Origin: Clostridia bacterium
Lineage (GTDB): Bacteria > Bacillota > Clostridia > Oscillospirales > CAG-272
Assembly (NCBI GenBank): GCA_017503105.1
Contig: JAFVTS010000008.1
Span: forward strand, 133,453 to 197,452
Direction: 5' to 3'
Length of the DNA: 64,000 bases
In this document: positions 25,323 to 35,979 of the stretch, piece after piece
Layout: the number at the start of each line of letters is the position of its first letter
Numbering within the stretch: the stretch's first letter is position 1
Made by a program: the position numbers and the translations under genes
Notes under the pieces: generated by a model
The model's database searches: none
The model's input: the letters and a program-made list of their open reading frames with translations, nothing else
Told to the model about the DNA's origin: nothing

Positions 25323-26789
25323 TTGCTGAAAAAAGCAAATCGGGAATTCGTTTTGGACAAATACACAAAACCTCAAATCTGTGCCCTTCCCGGGGCGGCA
25401 GAGCTCCGCGCAGCACTTGCAGAGAGCGAAGGCTCGGACGTAAGAGCAGAGCTTGCTCTTCTTTTCGACAAAGATACCTTCGTTGAAACAAGCGCGTACA
25501 CCAAACGCGGTTTCTCCGAGTTCTTGGCTACGGAGAAATCCAATGAATTCGAGAGCGTCATAACAGGCTACGGCGCGATAGACGGAAAGCTCGTCTTCGC
25601 CTTTGCAGAGGACGCTTCGAGGATCGGCGGCTCTATCGACGAGCGCCACGCAAAGAAGATCACCGATCTTTACGCGCTTGCCGTAAGCAACGGCGCACCC
25701 GTGATCGGAATTTTCAATTCCAACGGAACTGACGTCTTTGCAGGCACCTCGGCACTCGCGGCGTACGGAAAGATAATGGCAGCGGTTAATTCCGCATCGG
25801 GCGTAGTTCCGCAGATCGCTTTGGTAGCGGGAAAATGCATCGGCACGTCTTCCGCCATCGCTTCTATGTTCGACGTAACCGTCAAGGCTGACGGCGCTCA
25901 GCTTTACGTTACCTCCCCCGAGCTTACGGGAGCTGACGGTGCGCAGGACGCAATAGTCGCTTACAAGGGCGAGCTTAAGAACTGTGCAGGTTATATCAGA
26001 AGCCTTGTTTCGTTCCTTCCCGTTAATTCCTCCGTCGGAATAGACGTGATCGACTGCCCCGATAACCTTTCAAGAAAGCTCGGTGACGTTGATCTTACGG
26101 GTGATGCACTCACCGCCATTTCCGCAGTAGCCGATAACGGCATCTTCTACGAGCTCTCTTCCGCATATGCTCCCGTCGTTGCTACGGCATTCACTTCTAT
26201 CGGCGGAGTTAAGTGCGGTATCGTTGCTACCTCTCGTGCAAAGGACGACGGTAAACTTACCGCCTCCGCGGCAAAGAAGATAGCTAAGTTCGTTAATTTC
26301 TGCAACGCATTCTCTCTTCCCGTAGTAACGCTCGTTGATTCTATGGGTCTTGCTATTGATAAGGAAAACGAGTCTGAGTTCGCTCCCGCCCTCGCGAAGC
26401 TCGCGTTTGCTTACGCGGGTGCTGACGTTCCCAAGGTTACCGTAATTATGGGTCGTGCGATCGGCGCTTCCTTCGTTCTTCTCGGCTCCAAGTCCCTCGG
26501 CGCGGATCTCGTATACTCCCTCGATACGGCGGAGATCGCAGCTCTCGCAGCTGACAGCGGCGTAGCCTTCGCTTGGGATAAGTACATAACGGAAGAAAAG
26601 ACGAGAGACGAGCTCGTTTCCGAGTGGAAAATGACCGTTTCTTCGCCCGCAAACGCTGCGGCAAGCGGAGAGATCGACGATATTATCGATACCAACGAGC
26701 TTCGCGCAAGACTCTGCTCCGCTCTGCTTATGCTCTCGGGCAAAAGCGCGGCTTACGCCAAAGCTTGCCGCAAAGTTCTTCCTCTTTAA
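25323..26789 (+). CDS. Acyl-CoA carboxyltransferase subunit (12S/MmdA/PccB-like, divergent)
   Basis: 488 aa with a TTG start after GGAGAG. Two crotonase-like CT halves (AIDGKLVFAFAEDASRIGGSIDERHAKKI and VVTLVDSMGLAIDKE). The positions I remember as the conserved Gly-Gly oxyanion motifs read CIGTSSA and RAIGASF here. Confidence 0.82.
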   Translation: MLKKANREFVLDKYTKPQICALPGAAELRAALAESEGSDVRAELALLFDKDTFVETSAYTKRGFSEFLATEKSNEFESVITGYGAIDGKLVFAFAEDASRIGGSIDERHAKKITDLYALAVSNGAPVIGIFNSNGTDVFAGTSALAAYGKIMAAVNSASGVVPQIALVAGKCIGTSSAIASMFDVTVKADGAQLYVTSPELTGADGAQDAIVAYKGELKNCAGYIRSLVSFLPVNSSVGIDVIDCPDNLSRKLGDVDLTGDALTAISAVADNGIFYELSSAYAPVVATAFTSIGGVKCGIVATSRAKDDGKLTASAAKKIAKFVNFCNAFSLPVVTLVDSMGLAIDKENESEFAPALAKLAFAYAGADVPKVTVIMGRAIGASFVLLGSKSLGADLVYSLDTAEIAALAADSGVAFAWDKYITEEKTRDELVSEWKMTVSSPANAAASGEIDDIIDTNELRARLCSALLMLSGKSAAYAKACRKVLPL

Positions 26790-26807
26790 TATAGGAGGAC
26801 GGTAAAT

Positions 26808-27143
26808 ATGAATTATTTGCTTGATATAGATTTTACCAGCAGAACGAACGACTTTGGTGAAAAGATGGCGTTCGGCGCTACGACCTTTATAATAGGATTG
26901 CTTGCCGTTTTCTCCGTTCTTATCATCATCTGGCTCTGTTTGGTTTTGCTCAAGGTCTGCTTGCAAGGCGTTTCGACCGGCAAAAAGACGGAGAGCGAAA
27001 AAGCTCCCGTGCAGGTCGTCACTCAAGCTCCTACGGCTTCTAAAGACGATGAAATCATCGTAGCAATCGCGGCAGCCATCGCTGCGGCGGAGAGCGAAAG
27101 CTCAGGACTCAAATTCAGAGTCGTATCCTTCAGAAGAAAATAA
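26808..27143 (+). CDS. OadG/MmdD-like small membrane subunit of Na+-translocating decarboxylase
   Basis: 111 aa. One TM helix (TTFIIGLLAVFSVLIIIWLCLVLL) followed by IVAIAAAIAAAE, typical of the OadG family. GGAGGA RBS. Confidence 0.75.
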   Translation: MNYLLDIDFTSRTNDFGEKMAFGATTFIIGLLAVFSVLIIIWLCLVLLKVCLQGVSTGKKTESEKAPVQVVTQAPTASKDDEIIVAIAAAIAAAESESSGLKFRVVSFRRK

Positions 27144-27172
27144 TTACAATACTTGAAAGGAACTGAAATAAA

Positions 27173-27556
27173 ATGAAAAAGTATAATATCACCGTAAACG
27201 GTACGACTTACGAGGTCGTTGTTGAAGAAGCAGGCTCCGCTCCCAGCGCAGCTCCCGTATATACCGCACCCGCTGCTGCTGCTCCCGCACCTGCTGCCGC
27301 TCCCGCAGCTCCCGCAGCCGCACCCGCCGCTGCTCCCGCAGGCTCAAACTCCGTAACCGCTCCTATGCCCGGAACTATCCTTGATATAAAGGTTTCTCAG
27401 GGTCAGGCGGTCAAGAAGGGTGACGTTATCTGCGTTCTTGAGGCTATGAAGATGGAAAACGATATTCCCGCTCCCGCTGACGGTGTTATAGCCTCCATCA
27501 ACGTTCAAAAGGGTGCTTCCGTTAACGCAGGCGACTTAATCGCTTCCCTTAATTAA
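27173..27556 (+). CDS. Biotin carboxyl carrier protein (1.3S/MmdC-like)
   Basis: 127 aa with an Ala/Pro linker followed by the biotinyl domain. The attachment motif is LEAMKMEN. Confidence 0.92.
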   Translation: MKKYNITVNGTTYEVVVEEAGSAPSAAPVYTAPAAAAPAPAAAPAAPAAAPAAAPAGSNSVTAPMPGTILDIKVSQGQAVKKGDVICVLEAMKMENDIPAPADGVIASINVQKGASVNAGDLIASLN

Positions 27557-27586
27557 CCGTTGACCGAAAGGTACAGGTAAATTATA

Positions 27587-28849
27587 ATGGGCAATATCGG
27601 CGAATCAATACTTAAGTTTCTGGAAACGACGGGTATAGCGAAGTTGTTCGGACTCGGAGAGGAAAATGCCGCCGCGTACCAAACCGAATGGTGGAAGTAC
27701 CTTATAATGTACGCAATAGTCGGTGTCCTCTTCTATCTCGCTATTGTCAAGAAGTTTGAGCCCTTGCTCCTTATGCCTATCGCATTCGGTATGCTTCTTG
27801 CAAATCTTCCCGGCGCAGAACTTATTCACACAGAATTCTTCTTTGACGATTATTACATCAGCACGTACGGTCCCGGTATACTCGTCGACGGACACGTTCC
27901 AATGTCACGAATGGCAGCCGAGGTCGTCACGGAGGGCGGTCTTATAGACATACTTTACCTTGGAGTTAAGCTCGGAATCTATCCGTCGCTCATCTTCCTC
28001 GGCGTCGGCGCTATGACGGACTTCGCTCCCCTGATCGCAAACCCGAAATCCCTTCTTATGGGTGCGGGAGCACAGCTCGGCGTATTCGTTGCGTTCTTCG
28101 GTGCTCTCTTCTACTTCAGCCCCGCTGAGGCAGGAGCAATCGGTATCATCGGCGGTGCCGACGGTCCTACCGCTATTCTCGTAACGAAGGAGCTTGCACC
28201 TCAGCTTCTCGGTGCTATCGCTATCGCGGCATACTCGTATATGGCGCTCATACCGATCATTCAGCCTCCGTTTATGAAGCTTCTGACGACCAAGAAGGAA
28301 AGACAGATAAAGATGACGACTCTCCGCCCCGTTTCCAAGGTGGAAAAGGTCGTGTTCCCCATCGTCGTAACTCTCGTTGTTTGTCTTCTCGTTCCCGACG
28401 CGGCACCCCTTATCGGCTTCCTTATGCTCGGTAACCTCTTTAACGTTTCGGGCGTTTCCGACAGACTTTCCAAGACTGCTCAGAACGAGCTTATCAACAT
28501 CGTGACCATCTGTCTTGGCGTTTCCGTCGGTGCTACCGCTAACGCAGAAAACTTCTTGAGACCCGACACACTGTTAATTATCGGTCTCGGTCTTTGCGCG
28601 TTTGCGATTTCTACCTGCGGCGGTCTTGTCGTCGGTAAGATCATGTGCAAGCTCACGGGCGGAAAGATCAACCCCCTTATCGGCTCCGCAGGCGTTTCCG
28701 CAGTTCCTATGGCAGCGAGAGTTGCACAGGACGTCGGACGCAAGGAAGATCCTTCGAACTTCCTTCTTATGCACGCTATGGGACCGAACGTCGCAGGAGT
28801 TATAGGCTCTGCCGTTGCGGCAGGCGTATTCCTCTCTATCCTCAGATAA
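27587..28849 (+). CDS. Na+-translocating decarboxylase beta subunit (OadB/MmdB/GcdB family)
   Basis: 420 aa polytopic membrane protein. Conserved blocks GADGPTAI, SYMALIPIIQPP and GSAGVSAVPMAARV. Confidence 0.9.
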   Translation: MGNIGESILKFLETTGIAKLFGLGEENAAAYQTEWWKYLIMYAIVGVLFYLAIVKKFEPLLLMPIAFGMLLANLPGAELIHTEFFFDDYYISTYGPGILVDGHVPMSRMAAEVVTEGGLIDILYLGVKLGIYPSLIFLGVGAMTDFAPLIANPKSLLMGAGAQLGVFVAFFGALFYFSPAEAGAIGIIGGADGPTAILVTKELAPQLLGAIAIAAYSYMALIPIIQPPFMKLLTTKKERQIKMTTLRPVSKVEKVVFPIVVTLVVCLLVPDAAPLIGFLMLGNLFNVSGVSDRLSKTAQNELINIVTICLGVSVGATANAENFLRPDTLLIIGLGLCAFAISTCGGLVVGKIMCKLTGGKINPLIGSAGVSAVPMAARVAQDVGRKEDPSNFLLMHAMGPNVAGVIGSAVAAGVFLSILR

Positions 28850-28868
28850 TCAAGAAAGGATCACTAAA

Positions 28869-30269
28869 ATGCCAAAAGTATTGATAACAGAAACAGTCCT
28901 CCGTGACGCGCATCAGTCCCTTGCGGCTACGCGTATGACCACCGAGGAAATGCTCCCCATCCTTGACGATATGGACAAGGTGGGATATTACTCCCTCGAG
29001 GCTTGGGGCGGTGCTACGTTCGACTCCTGCCTTCGTTTCCTCCACGAGGACCCTTGGGACAGACTTCGTAAAATAAAGGACCACTGCAAGAACACAAAGC
29101 TTCAGATGCTCTTCCGCGGTCAGAACATTCTCGGTTACCGCCACTATGCTGACGACGTCGTTGAATACTTCGTTCAGAAGTCCATCGCAAACGGTATTGA
29201 TATAATCCGTATCTTCGACGCTCTCAACGACGCAAGAAACCTTGAGACCGCTATTAAGGCAACTATAAAAGAGGGCGGTCACGTTCAGGCGGCTATCTCC
29301 TATACCACCTCTCCTTTCCACACCAACGAGGGCTTTGCACAGTACGCAAAGCAGCTTGAGGAAATGGGTGCTCACTCCATTTGCATTAAGGATATGTCGG
29401 GTCTTCTTAAGCCCTACGAAGCATATCAGCTTGTTAAGACGATAAAGAACACGGTCGACATTCCGATCCAGCTCCACACTCACTACACCGCAGGTCTTGG
29501 CTCGATGACGCTCCTTAAGGCTATCGAGGCAGGTGTCGACGGCGTTGATACCGCTATTTCGCCTCTTGCTATGGGTACGTCCCATACTCCTACGGAATCG
29601 CTTGTCGCTACCCTTCAGGGCACTCCCTACGACACGGGTCTTGAGCTTGAAAAGCTCGACGTCGTAGCAAAGCACTTCAACAAGATCCGCGAGGATTACC
29701 TTGCATCGGGTCTTATCGACCCCAAGGTACTCAAGGTAGACGTAAACGCTCTTCGTTACCAGGTTCCCGGCGGAATGCTCTCCAACCTTATCAGCCAGCT
29801 TAAGATGGCAGGCAAGTCGGATAAGCTTGACGAGGTTCTCGAAGAGGTTGCAAACGTACGTCAGGACGCGGGCTTCCCGCCTCTCGTGACCCCCACCTCT
29901 CAGATCGTCGGTACTCAGGCGGTAAACAACGTTCTCTTCGCAAACGAAGGAAGATACGCAAGAGTTACCAAGGAGTTCAAGGGTCTTGTCCGTGGCGAAT
30001 ACGGCAGATGCCCTGCCCCCGTTTCCGATGAATTCAAGAGCAAGATAATCGGCGATGAAGAGGTCATCGATTACCGTCCCGCAGATAAGATCGCTCCCGA
30101 AATCGATTCTCTTCGTCAGAGAGTCGCACCCTATCAGGAGCAGGACGAGGACCTTCTTTCCCTCGCGCTGTTTGAGCAGGTTGCTATCAAGTTCTTCGAG
30201 TGGAGAAAGCAGCAAAAGTATAACCTTGATGCAAACGCAGACGTTGCAAACGGGGTTCATACCATTTAA
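28869..30269 (+). CDS. Oxaloacetate decarboxylase alpha / transcarboxylase 5S-type carboxyltransferase, lacking a biotinyl domain
   Basis: ORF 28815..30269; ATG at 28869 (MPKVLITETVLRDAHQSL..). HMGL-like TIM barrel (LRDAHQS, EAWGGATFD, HTHYTAGL) plus the conserved carboxylase C-terminal domain. It ends without an xMKM biotin domain. Confidence 0.9.
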   Translation: MPKVLITETVLRDAHQSLAATRMTTEEMLPILDDMDKVGYYSLEAWGGATFDSCLRFLHEDPWDRLRKIKDHCKNTKLQMLFRGQNILGYRHYADDVVEYFVQKSIANGIDIIRIFDALNDARNLETAIKATIKEGGHVQAAISYTTSPFHTNEGFAQYAKQLEEMGAHSICIKDMSGLLKPYEAYQLVKTIKNTVDIPIQLHTHYTAGLGSMTLLKAIEAGVDGVDTAISPLAMGTSHTPTESLVATLQGTPYDTGLELEKLDVVAKHFNKIREDYLASGLIDPKVLKVDVNALRYQVPGGMLSNLISQLKMAGKSDKLDEVLEEVANVRQDAGFPPLVTPTSQIVGTQAVNNVLFANEGRYARVTKEFKGLVRGEYGRCPAPVSDEFKSKIIGDEEVIDYRPADKIAPEIDSLRQRVAPYQEQDEDLLSLALFEQVAIKFFEWRKQQKYNLDANADVANGVHTI

Positions 30270-30290
30270 GGCTTTTCTATCATATAAATA

Positions 30291-30326
30291 CAAAAAAAGG
30301 AACTCTTAACGAGTTCCTTTTTTGTA
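30291..30326. terminator. Bidirectional terminator between the decarboxylase operon and ftsH
   Basis: AAAAAAAGGAACTC (30292-30305), loop TTAAC, GAGTTCCTTTTTTG (30311-30324). Confidence 0.8.
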
Positions 30327-32639
30327 TTATTCTTTTTTGTCTTCGTTGTTTTTCTCTTTGGAATTCTCATCGGATTCCGACGCATCAGCTTCATCGGGAG
30401 AATCGGTGTCGTTACTGTCGGACTCCTTTTCCTCACTTTCGTCCGATCCGCCTTCTTCAACTATTTTTCCCGAATCCCAAACGCTCGCAAAGAAATCGTC
30501 TCCAAGGAATCCGCTGCCTTCGCCTTTTGCTTTTTCGGCTTCTGCCTTAGCTTTTTCCTCGGCTTTTGCTTTTTCCTCAGCTTCACGCTTGAGATTATTC
30601 TCGTGAGCGGTCTTATTTTCCTCAGCACTTCTGCGCTTTCTTTCGGTCTCGATAGCCTCGATTTCCTCCATCGAAGGATCTTCAGCCGCCATAGCAGCCT
30701 CAAACTGTTCCTCGTCCATAGACTCGTTTTTAAGAAGGAACTGCGCAACGAAGTGAAGCTTATCTATATGCTCGGTGAGAATATTCTTGCACGTTTCATA
30801 AGCGTCACCGATGATCGTGCGTATTTCGTCATCAATTTCTGCCGCGGTTTTTTCCGAATAATTCTTGCCCGAAGAGAAATCGCGTCCAAGGAATACCTCG
30901 TCGTTCGAATGCTCGGAGCCGTAAAGAACGGTGCCGAGTTTTTTGCTCATACCGTATCTCGTTACCATTTTGCGGGCAACGGAGGTTGCCTGTTGGATAT
31001 CGTTAGACGCACCCGTGGATATATCGTCAAGAATTATCTCCTCTGCGACGCGACCTCCGAGAGAGAGAACGATCCTGTCAAACATCGCGTTTCTTGACGT
31101 GGTCATTCTGTCCTCCGTCGGAACGCTGACGGTAACTCCGCCCGCAGAGCCTGCGGGAATTATGGTGATGTGCTTAACGGGGTCGGTATTTTTACAGTAA
31201 TACGAAGCGACCGCGTGTCCTGCCTCGTGATAAGCGCAGAGCTTATTGTCAGCATCCGTTCTTACCTTGTTTTTCTTCTGCGGACCGAGAATGAGCTTCA
31301 TATAAGAATCCTCGATGTCATTCATACCGATAAGAGATTTGTTTCTCTTAGCCGCAAGAAGTGCTGCCTCGTTCATAAGGTTAGCAAGCTCGGCACCCGT
31401 AAATCCGATAGTAGTCTGCGCGATCTTTTTGAGATCAACGGTTTCTTCAAGAGGCTTGTTACGGCAATGAACCTTGAGTATCTCTTCTCTGCCCTTAATA
31501 TCGGGATAATTGACCGTTACCTGTCTGTCAAATCTTCCGGGTCTCAAAAGCGCGGGGTCAAGTATGTCGGGACGGTTGGTAGCAGCTATGACTATAACGC
31601 CCGAATTGGTACCGAAGCCGTCCATTTCAACGAGAAGCTGGTTAAGAGTCTGCTCTCTTTCGTCGTGACCGCCTCCGAGACCTGCGCCTCTGTGACGTCC
31701 GACCGCATCTATTTCATCTATGAAAATAATACTTGCGGGAGTCTTTCTCGCGTTATCGAAAAGGTCACGCACTCTCGAGGCACCGACACCGACGTACATT
31801 TCAACGAAATCAGAGCCCGAAATTGAGAAGAACGGAACGCCCGCCTCACCTGCCACAGCCTTGGCAAGCAAGGTCTTACCCGTGCCGGGAGGGCCAACGA
31901 GAAGGACTCCGCGAGGGATCCTCGCTCCGAGCTTAACGAATTTGTCGGGGTCCTTCAAGAACTCGACGACCTCTTCAAGCTCCCCTTTTTCTTCATCAGC
32001 ACCTGCAACGTCCGCAAACTTTACGGCGTTTTTATCATCAACGGTGACCTTCGCCTTGGATTTGGAGAAGGAATTCATCTTGCCGCCAACGCCCGAAGCA
32101 CTCTTCATAATGAAGAATCCGAGCACGACGATTATCAAAATCGATATAATATAAGGAAGATAAGCAACGTACCAGGGCGTTTCTGCCGCAGGCTCGATGT
32201 TAAAGCTCTTAAGCCGACCGTCAGGATCGGTATAATTATCTTCCGCAAGCTCGCTGATACGCTCAAGCTGGAAGCTGTATACTGCTCGAAGCTCGTGTTC
32301 CTTGATCAGCTTTTCATCGGTATTTACCACCCAACCTTTTTGGTACGCCTCGACAGGATTGCCCTCGGCATCGAGTTCGGGATTTCCGTCCTTATCAAGC
32401 ACGGGCACCTTAGGAAGATCCGTGCGATCGCCGTACGTATAGCTAAACACCTTGACGACGACCGTCGATTCTCCGTTGACGGTCAGCTCCTTTACAGCGT
32501 CAGCTTCAAGTGCTTCAACGAGATTGCCGTAGAGGAATTGATCCTCTTCGCTTTGTGAGCTCGTAAAGGTAGAGACCGCAAAGACGACCACGGCGACCAT
32601 TAAAACGAGCATCAAAATGCTCTTAAAATTACCCTTCAT
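30327..32639 (-). CDS. ftsH: ATP-dependent zinc metalloprotease FtsH with long charged C-terminal tail
   Basis: 770 aa. Walker [12 protein letters not shown] region, HEAGH zinc site. The C-terminal roughly 120 aa are KAEE-repeat and Asp/Glu/Ser rich. Confidence 0.95.
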   Translation of the reverse strand: MKGNFKSILMLVLMVAVVVFAVSTFTSSQSEEDQFLYGNLVEALEADAVKELTVNGESTVVVKVFSYTYGDRTDLPKVPVLDKDGNPELDAEGNPVEAYQKGWVVNTDEKLIKEHELRAVYSFQLERISELAEDNYTDPDGRLKSFNIEPAAETPWYVAYLPYIISILIIVVLGFFIMKSASGVGGKMNSFSKSKAKVTVDDKNAVKFADVAGADEEKGELEEVVEFLKDPDKFVKLGARIPRGVLLVGPPGTGKTLLAKAVAGEAGVPFFSISGSDFVEMYVGVGASRVRDLFDNARKTPASIIFIDEIDAVGRHRGAGLGGGHDEREQTLNQLLVEMDGFGTNSGVIVIAATNRPDILDPALLRPGRFDRQVTVNYPDIKGREEILKVHCRNKPLEETVDLKKIAQTTIGFTGAELANLMNEAALLAAKRNKSLIGMNDIEDSYMKLILGPQKKNKVRTDADNKLCAYHEAGHAVASYYCKNTDPVKHITIIPAGSAGGVTVSVPTEDRMTTSRNAMFDRIVLSLGGRVAEEIILDDISTGASNDIQQATSVARKMVTRYGMSKKLGTVLYGSEHSNDEVFLGRDFSSGKNYSEKTAAEIDDEIRTIIGDAYETCKNILTEHIDKLHFVAQFLLKNESMDEEQFEAAMAAEDPSMEEIEAIETERKRRSAEENKTAHENNLKREAEEKAKAEEKAKAEAEKAKGEGSGFLGDDFFASVWDSGKIVEEGGSDESEEKESDSNDTDSPDEADASESDENSKEKNNEDKKE

Positions 32640-32649
32640 TAAGTAACAT

Positions 32650-34110
32650 TCAGCCTTTCTTTTTGTTTTTACTCATAAAACGCTGCGGCAAATAAAAGCT
32701 TTGTGCCGCATTGGAATTTGTACTTATCTTAATATAAAGATCTTGTTTTCCGCCGTCATCTCTGACGCCGAAGCCCGGAACCCAGACGACTCCGCACTCG
32801 TCGCAAAGAACGGGAATGCGCCCTCGCACATCGGTCGGGATCTTTTTATCGTTAAAAAGTTTTTTCAGCCTTCTCGTGATCCCGCCCCAACGGCAGGTGT
32901 CACCGTCACGCTTATTTCTTACGTACAAACCGCCTTTAATTATAGCAGAGCCAAGATTTACTTGTGTTGAAATATTGTAAACATTTGAAAAATTATCGTC
33001 AAGAGGTGCGCGGGAGATAACTATCTTTGCGTTAAAATCAGCGATATGCGTGATTTCCGAGTCTAATTTATAGTTAAAATCGCCCGTTTCTCCCCGTGAG
33101 CCGCCGGGTTCAAAGCCGCAAAACTCACCCCGTGCGACGAAATTTACACCGCTTGGCATACTGAGCGAAAAATCGCCGTCAGAAGCAAGCCTTTCTTTGA
33201 TAGCCCTGACGTGCACCTCCGAAAGAGTTGCGGAAGACACTTCGTTAAAGTAAAGCTTCAACGCCCTGAACAGTATGGCCTTGGGAAGAGCCGCAAGTTC
33301 ACGTCGCAAAACAGCTCCGTTCTTATGCGCCCTCGCAAATTCAAGCGCGTATAAATTCAGGCAATCGTCGTCCTCGCGAAGATTTCTGCACATTCGCTCA
33401 AGAGAAGTATAAGCGGTAGCGAACGTATCGGTAAGTCGGGGAATCACGTTATGCCTTATATAGTTTCGCGTATAATCGTCCGATTCATTCGTGCTGTCGG
33501 TAACAAACGGTATATTTTCTTCAGTCAATGCCGCCGTTATATCCGCCTTGCTCACGTATATAAGCGGACGGATGACGTTATCCCGCCTTGCCGATATTCC
33601 CGAAACACCGCGAGTACCTGCGCCGCGCATCATATTTATCAAGACGGTTTCAAAATTATCGTCCGCATTATGAGCGACGCAAATCACAGAAATATCATTT
33701 CTGCCATCAATTATATCCGTAAAAACGGAATATCTTACGTTTCTTGCCGTTTCCTCCAAGGATGTGCCGCTTTCTTTCGAGAGCGCGGGAACGTCTATTC
33801 TGCGTGAGATGAACTCAACTCCGAGGCTCTCGCAAAGCTCGCGCGAAAACTCTTCGTCGCGGTCAGCTTCTCCCCCTCTTATCATATGATTGACGTGCAC
33901 GGCCAAGATCGGAAATTCCGCGCGAAGCACACGCCTGTATTCGATCAGAAAGAGAAGAAGCATAACGGAATCGGCACCGCCCGAAAGCCCGACGAGAACT
34001 CCGCCCGAAAGAAGCTCGCGCATTTCGAAATCGTTAATAGCCCGCTCCCCCTCCGAGTATATGCGCGCGCCGCGTTCGGAAGAAAACAGCCCCTCAAGCT
34101 TATTACGCAT
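32650..34110 (-). CDS. tilS: tRNA(Ile)-lysidine synthetase
   Basis: 486 aa. PP-loop SGGADS at the N-terminus ([11 protein letters not shown]) and HNADDNFET. Lies immediately upstream of ftsH, as in many Firmicutes. Confidence 0.88.
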   Translation of the reverse strand: MRNKLEGLFSSERGARIYSEGERAINDFEMRELLSGGVLVGLSGGADSVMLLLFLIEYRRVLRAEFPILAVHVNHMIRGGEADRDEEFSRELCESLGVEFISRRIDVPALSKESGTSLEETARNVRYSVFTDIIDGRNDISVICVAHNADDNFETVLINMMRGAGTRGVSGISARRDNVIRPLIYVSKADITAALTEENIPFVTDSTNESDDYTRNYIRHNVIPRLTDTFATAYTSLERMCRNLREDDDCLNLYALEFARAHKNGAVLRRELAALPKAILFRALKLYFNEVSSATLSEVHVRAIKERLASDGDFSLSMPSGVNFVARGEFCGFEPGGSRGETGDFNYKLDSEITHIADFNAKIVISRAPLDDNFSNVYNISTQVNLGSAIIKGGLYVRNKRDGDTCRWGGITRRLKKLFNDKKIPTDVRGRIPVLCDECGVVWVPGFGVRDDGGKQDLYIKISTNSNAAQSFYLPQRFMSKNKKKG

Positions 34111-35476
34111 TCTGTATCATATCGGATTCAAGCGTGCGGAACTTGGTAAACTTACCTATCCAGCCCATCTTGACGTTTCCGACCTCTCCGTGTCTGTTCT
34201 TAGCTATTATTACCTCTGCAGTATTGGCGCTGTCCTGCGCGCCTTCCGTATCCTCAGCACCCGATATATCCTTATAATACTCATCACGGTAGAGGAAAAG
34301 AACGACGTCCGCGTCCTGCTCGATAGAACCCGAATCACGAAGATCGGCAAGCGTCGGACGCTTTCCCGCACCGGGACGCGACTCCGTTCCACGGTTAAGC
34401 TGAGCGCAGCAAACGATCGGTATGCCGAAGTCCTTCGCCATAATTTTAAGGTTTCTTGAGATCTCTCCGACCTGTTGAGCTCTGTTGTCGGAATTGGACG
34501 TGGACTGCATAAGACCGATATAGTCTATCACCACAAGACCGAGATTCGGAATTCTGCGAAGCTTGGATTTCATCTCCGTGCTCGTTATTGCCGAGGTGTC
34601 GTCGATGTAGATCTCACATCCCGAAAGAGAGCTTGCGACGTCTGCGATATTGTCCCAATCCTCAGGACGTAAATTACCCGTAGCAAGAGTCTTGGAATCT
34701 ATCATAGCCTCACTCGAAATAATTCTTGACACGAGCTGCTCGCCCGACATCTCGAGTGAGAATATCGCGACGCCTTTTTTGGTCGCTTTGGCTACGTTCG
34801 TTGCTATATTAAGCGCAAACGAGGTCTTTCCCATACCAGGTCTTGCTCCGACTATTATAAGATCGCCCTTGCCCATTTTAATAAGCTTTTGGTCAAGACC
34901 CGAGAAGCCCGTCTTGGTCTCGGAAGACTCGCCCTTTTCGGCAGAGCGCACCTCAATATCCTTATATACGTTCTGAAGGACGTCCCTTATGTGACGGAAC
35001 TCCTTCGTTTCGTTATTATGGGAAATATCGAATATTTTCTGCTCGGCACTGTCGACTATCATCCGCACCTCGGACGCCTCGTCGTACGCATCCTTGCTTA
35101 TCTCATCACAAACGGTAATGAGTCTGCGTAGAACGGATTTTTCCTTTACGATGCGAGCGTAATCCTTAATGTTGGCTACCGTGGGAACGGAATCCGCAAG
35201 AAGCGAGATATACTGAATGCCTCCGCTCTCGTCCTTGTCCCCTTGCTCGACCAAAGCGTTTACCAGCGTTACCGCGTCGATTATTTTACTTTGGGTATAC
35301 ATACTGACGAACGCGGAATAAATGTGCTTATGCTCTTCAAGATAAAAATCTTCTACCTTTATCATTCCGCCGATCTGATCAAACGCCTCGGGTTTTATAA
35401 TTATTGAGCCGAGCAAAGCCTGCTCCGCTTCTACCGAAACGGGCATTTGCTTTATCAAAGTGTTGTTAACGTCCAT
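34103..35476 (-). CDS. dnaB: Replicative DNA helicase (DnaB family; DnaC in B. subtilis nomenclature)
   Basis: 457 aa. N-terminal PVSVEAEQALLGSII, Walker A GARPGMGKTSF, and the QLNRG arginine-finger region. Its stop overlaps the tilS start by 8 nt. Confidence 0.95.
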   Translation of the reverse strand: MDVNNTLIKQMPVSVEAEQALLGSIIIKPEAFDQIGGMIKVEDFYLEEHKHIYSAFVSMYTQSKIIDAVTLVNALVEQGDKDESGGIQYISLLADSVPTVANIKDYARIVKEKSVLRRLITVCDEISKDAYDEASEVRMIVDSAEQKIFDISHNNETKEFRHIRDVLQNVYKDIEVRSAEKGESSETKTGFSGLDQKLIKMGKGDLIIVGARPGMGKTSFALNIATNVAKATKKGVAIFSLEMSGEQLVSRIISSEAMIDSKTLATGNLRPEDWDNIADVASSLSGCEIYIDDTSAITSTEMKSKLRRIPNLGLVVIDYIGLMQSTSNSDNRAQQVGEISRNLKIMAKDFGIPIVCCAQLNRGTESRPGAGKRPTLADLRDSGSIEQDADVVLFLYRDEYYKDISGAEDTEGAQDSANTAEVIIAKNRHGEVGNVKMGWIGKFTKFRTLESDMIQNA

Positions 35477-35517
35477 TACAGTCCCACTTTTCTTAAAAAA
35501 GTTAATTTATACTTAAA

Positions 35518-35961
35518 TCACTCGCGGACAAGCACCGTGAATTTTGCGCAAATATCGCCGAGTATCTTGATTTCAACGGAATAATTGCCGTAAGCCTTGA
35601 TATTATCCTTCAAAAGTATCTTTCTCTTATCTATCTCCATTCCGAGCATAGCGCCAAGGCGCTCGGCAATGTCCTTTGACGTAACTGAGCCATAAAGCCT
35701 TCCGTCCTGACCGTGACCCATAACGATCTCTATCTGCTTTCCGTTTATCTTATCGGCGAGCGCCTGCGCCGCCTTTCTGTCCTCGCTGATCTTATACTGC
35801 TGAGCAGCTTCCTTGCTTTTGAGCTCGCTCGTCGCCTTTGCGTCGGCGGGAACGGCTTTCTTCTGAGGGAAAAGGAAATTTCTCGCGTAGCCGTCCGAAA
35901 CGTCTACTATCTGATCCTTTTTTCCCTGTCCTTTCACATCACAAAGTAAAATTACCTTCAT
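35518..35961 (-). CDS. rplI: 50S ribosomal protein L9
   Basis: 147 aa. [37 protein letters not shown] is the canonical L9 N-terminus. Confidence 0.95.
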   Translation of the reverse strand: MKVILLCDVKGQGKKDQIVDVSDGYARNFLFPQKKAVPADAKATSELKSKEAAQQYKISEDRKAAQALADKINGKQIEIVMGHGQDGRLYGSVTSKDIAERLGAMLGMEIDKRKILLKDNIKAYGNYSVEIKILGDICAKFTVLVRE

Positions 35962-35979
35962 TATTATGTCTCCTTAAAT

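Noticed and set aside
27230-27345. GC-rich GCN/CCN triplet repeat
   Set aside because: It encodes the Ala/Pro linker (APAAAAPAPAAAPAAPAAAPAAAPA) that normally connects the N-terminus of biotin carrier proteins to the biotinyl domain. This is an ordinary feature, not a satellite.
28842-30293. A 483-aa minus-strand ORF that spans almost exactly the whole OadA-like gene in antisense
   Set aside because: The plus-strand product has unmistakable carboxyltransferase motifs. The antisense translation is low-complexity (Leu/Val/Arg/Lys-rich) with no RBS and no recognisable domain. Similar shadow ORFs cover many genes here, consistent with codon bias that depletes stop codons on the opposite strand.
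30327-30700. Repetitive KAEE / Asp-Ser-Glu coding repeats at the 3' end of ftsH, and the small ORFs 30322..30606 (+) and 30461..30748 (-)
   Set aside because: The repeats continue in frame with the FtsH protease domain, forming a charged, disordered C-terminal tail. The overlapping small ORFs are low-complexity shadows. The tail is mildly unusual in length but not a separate element.
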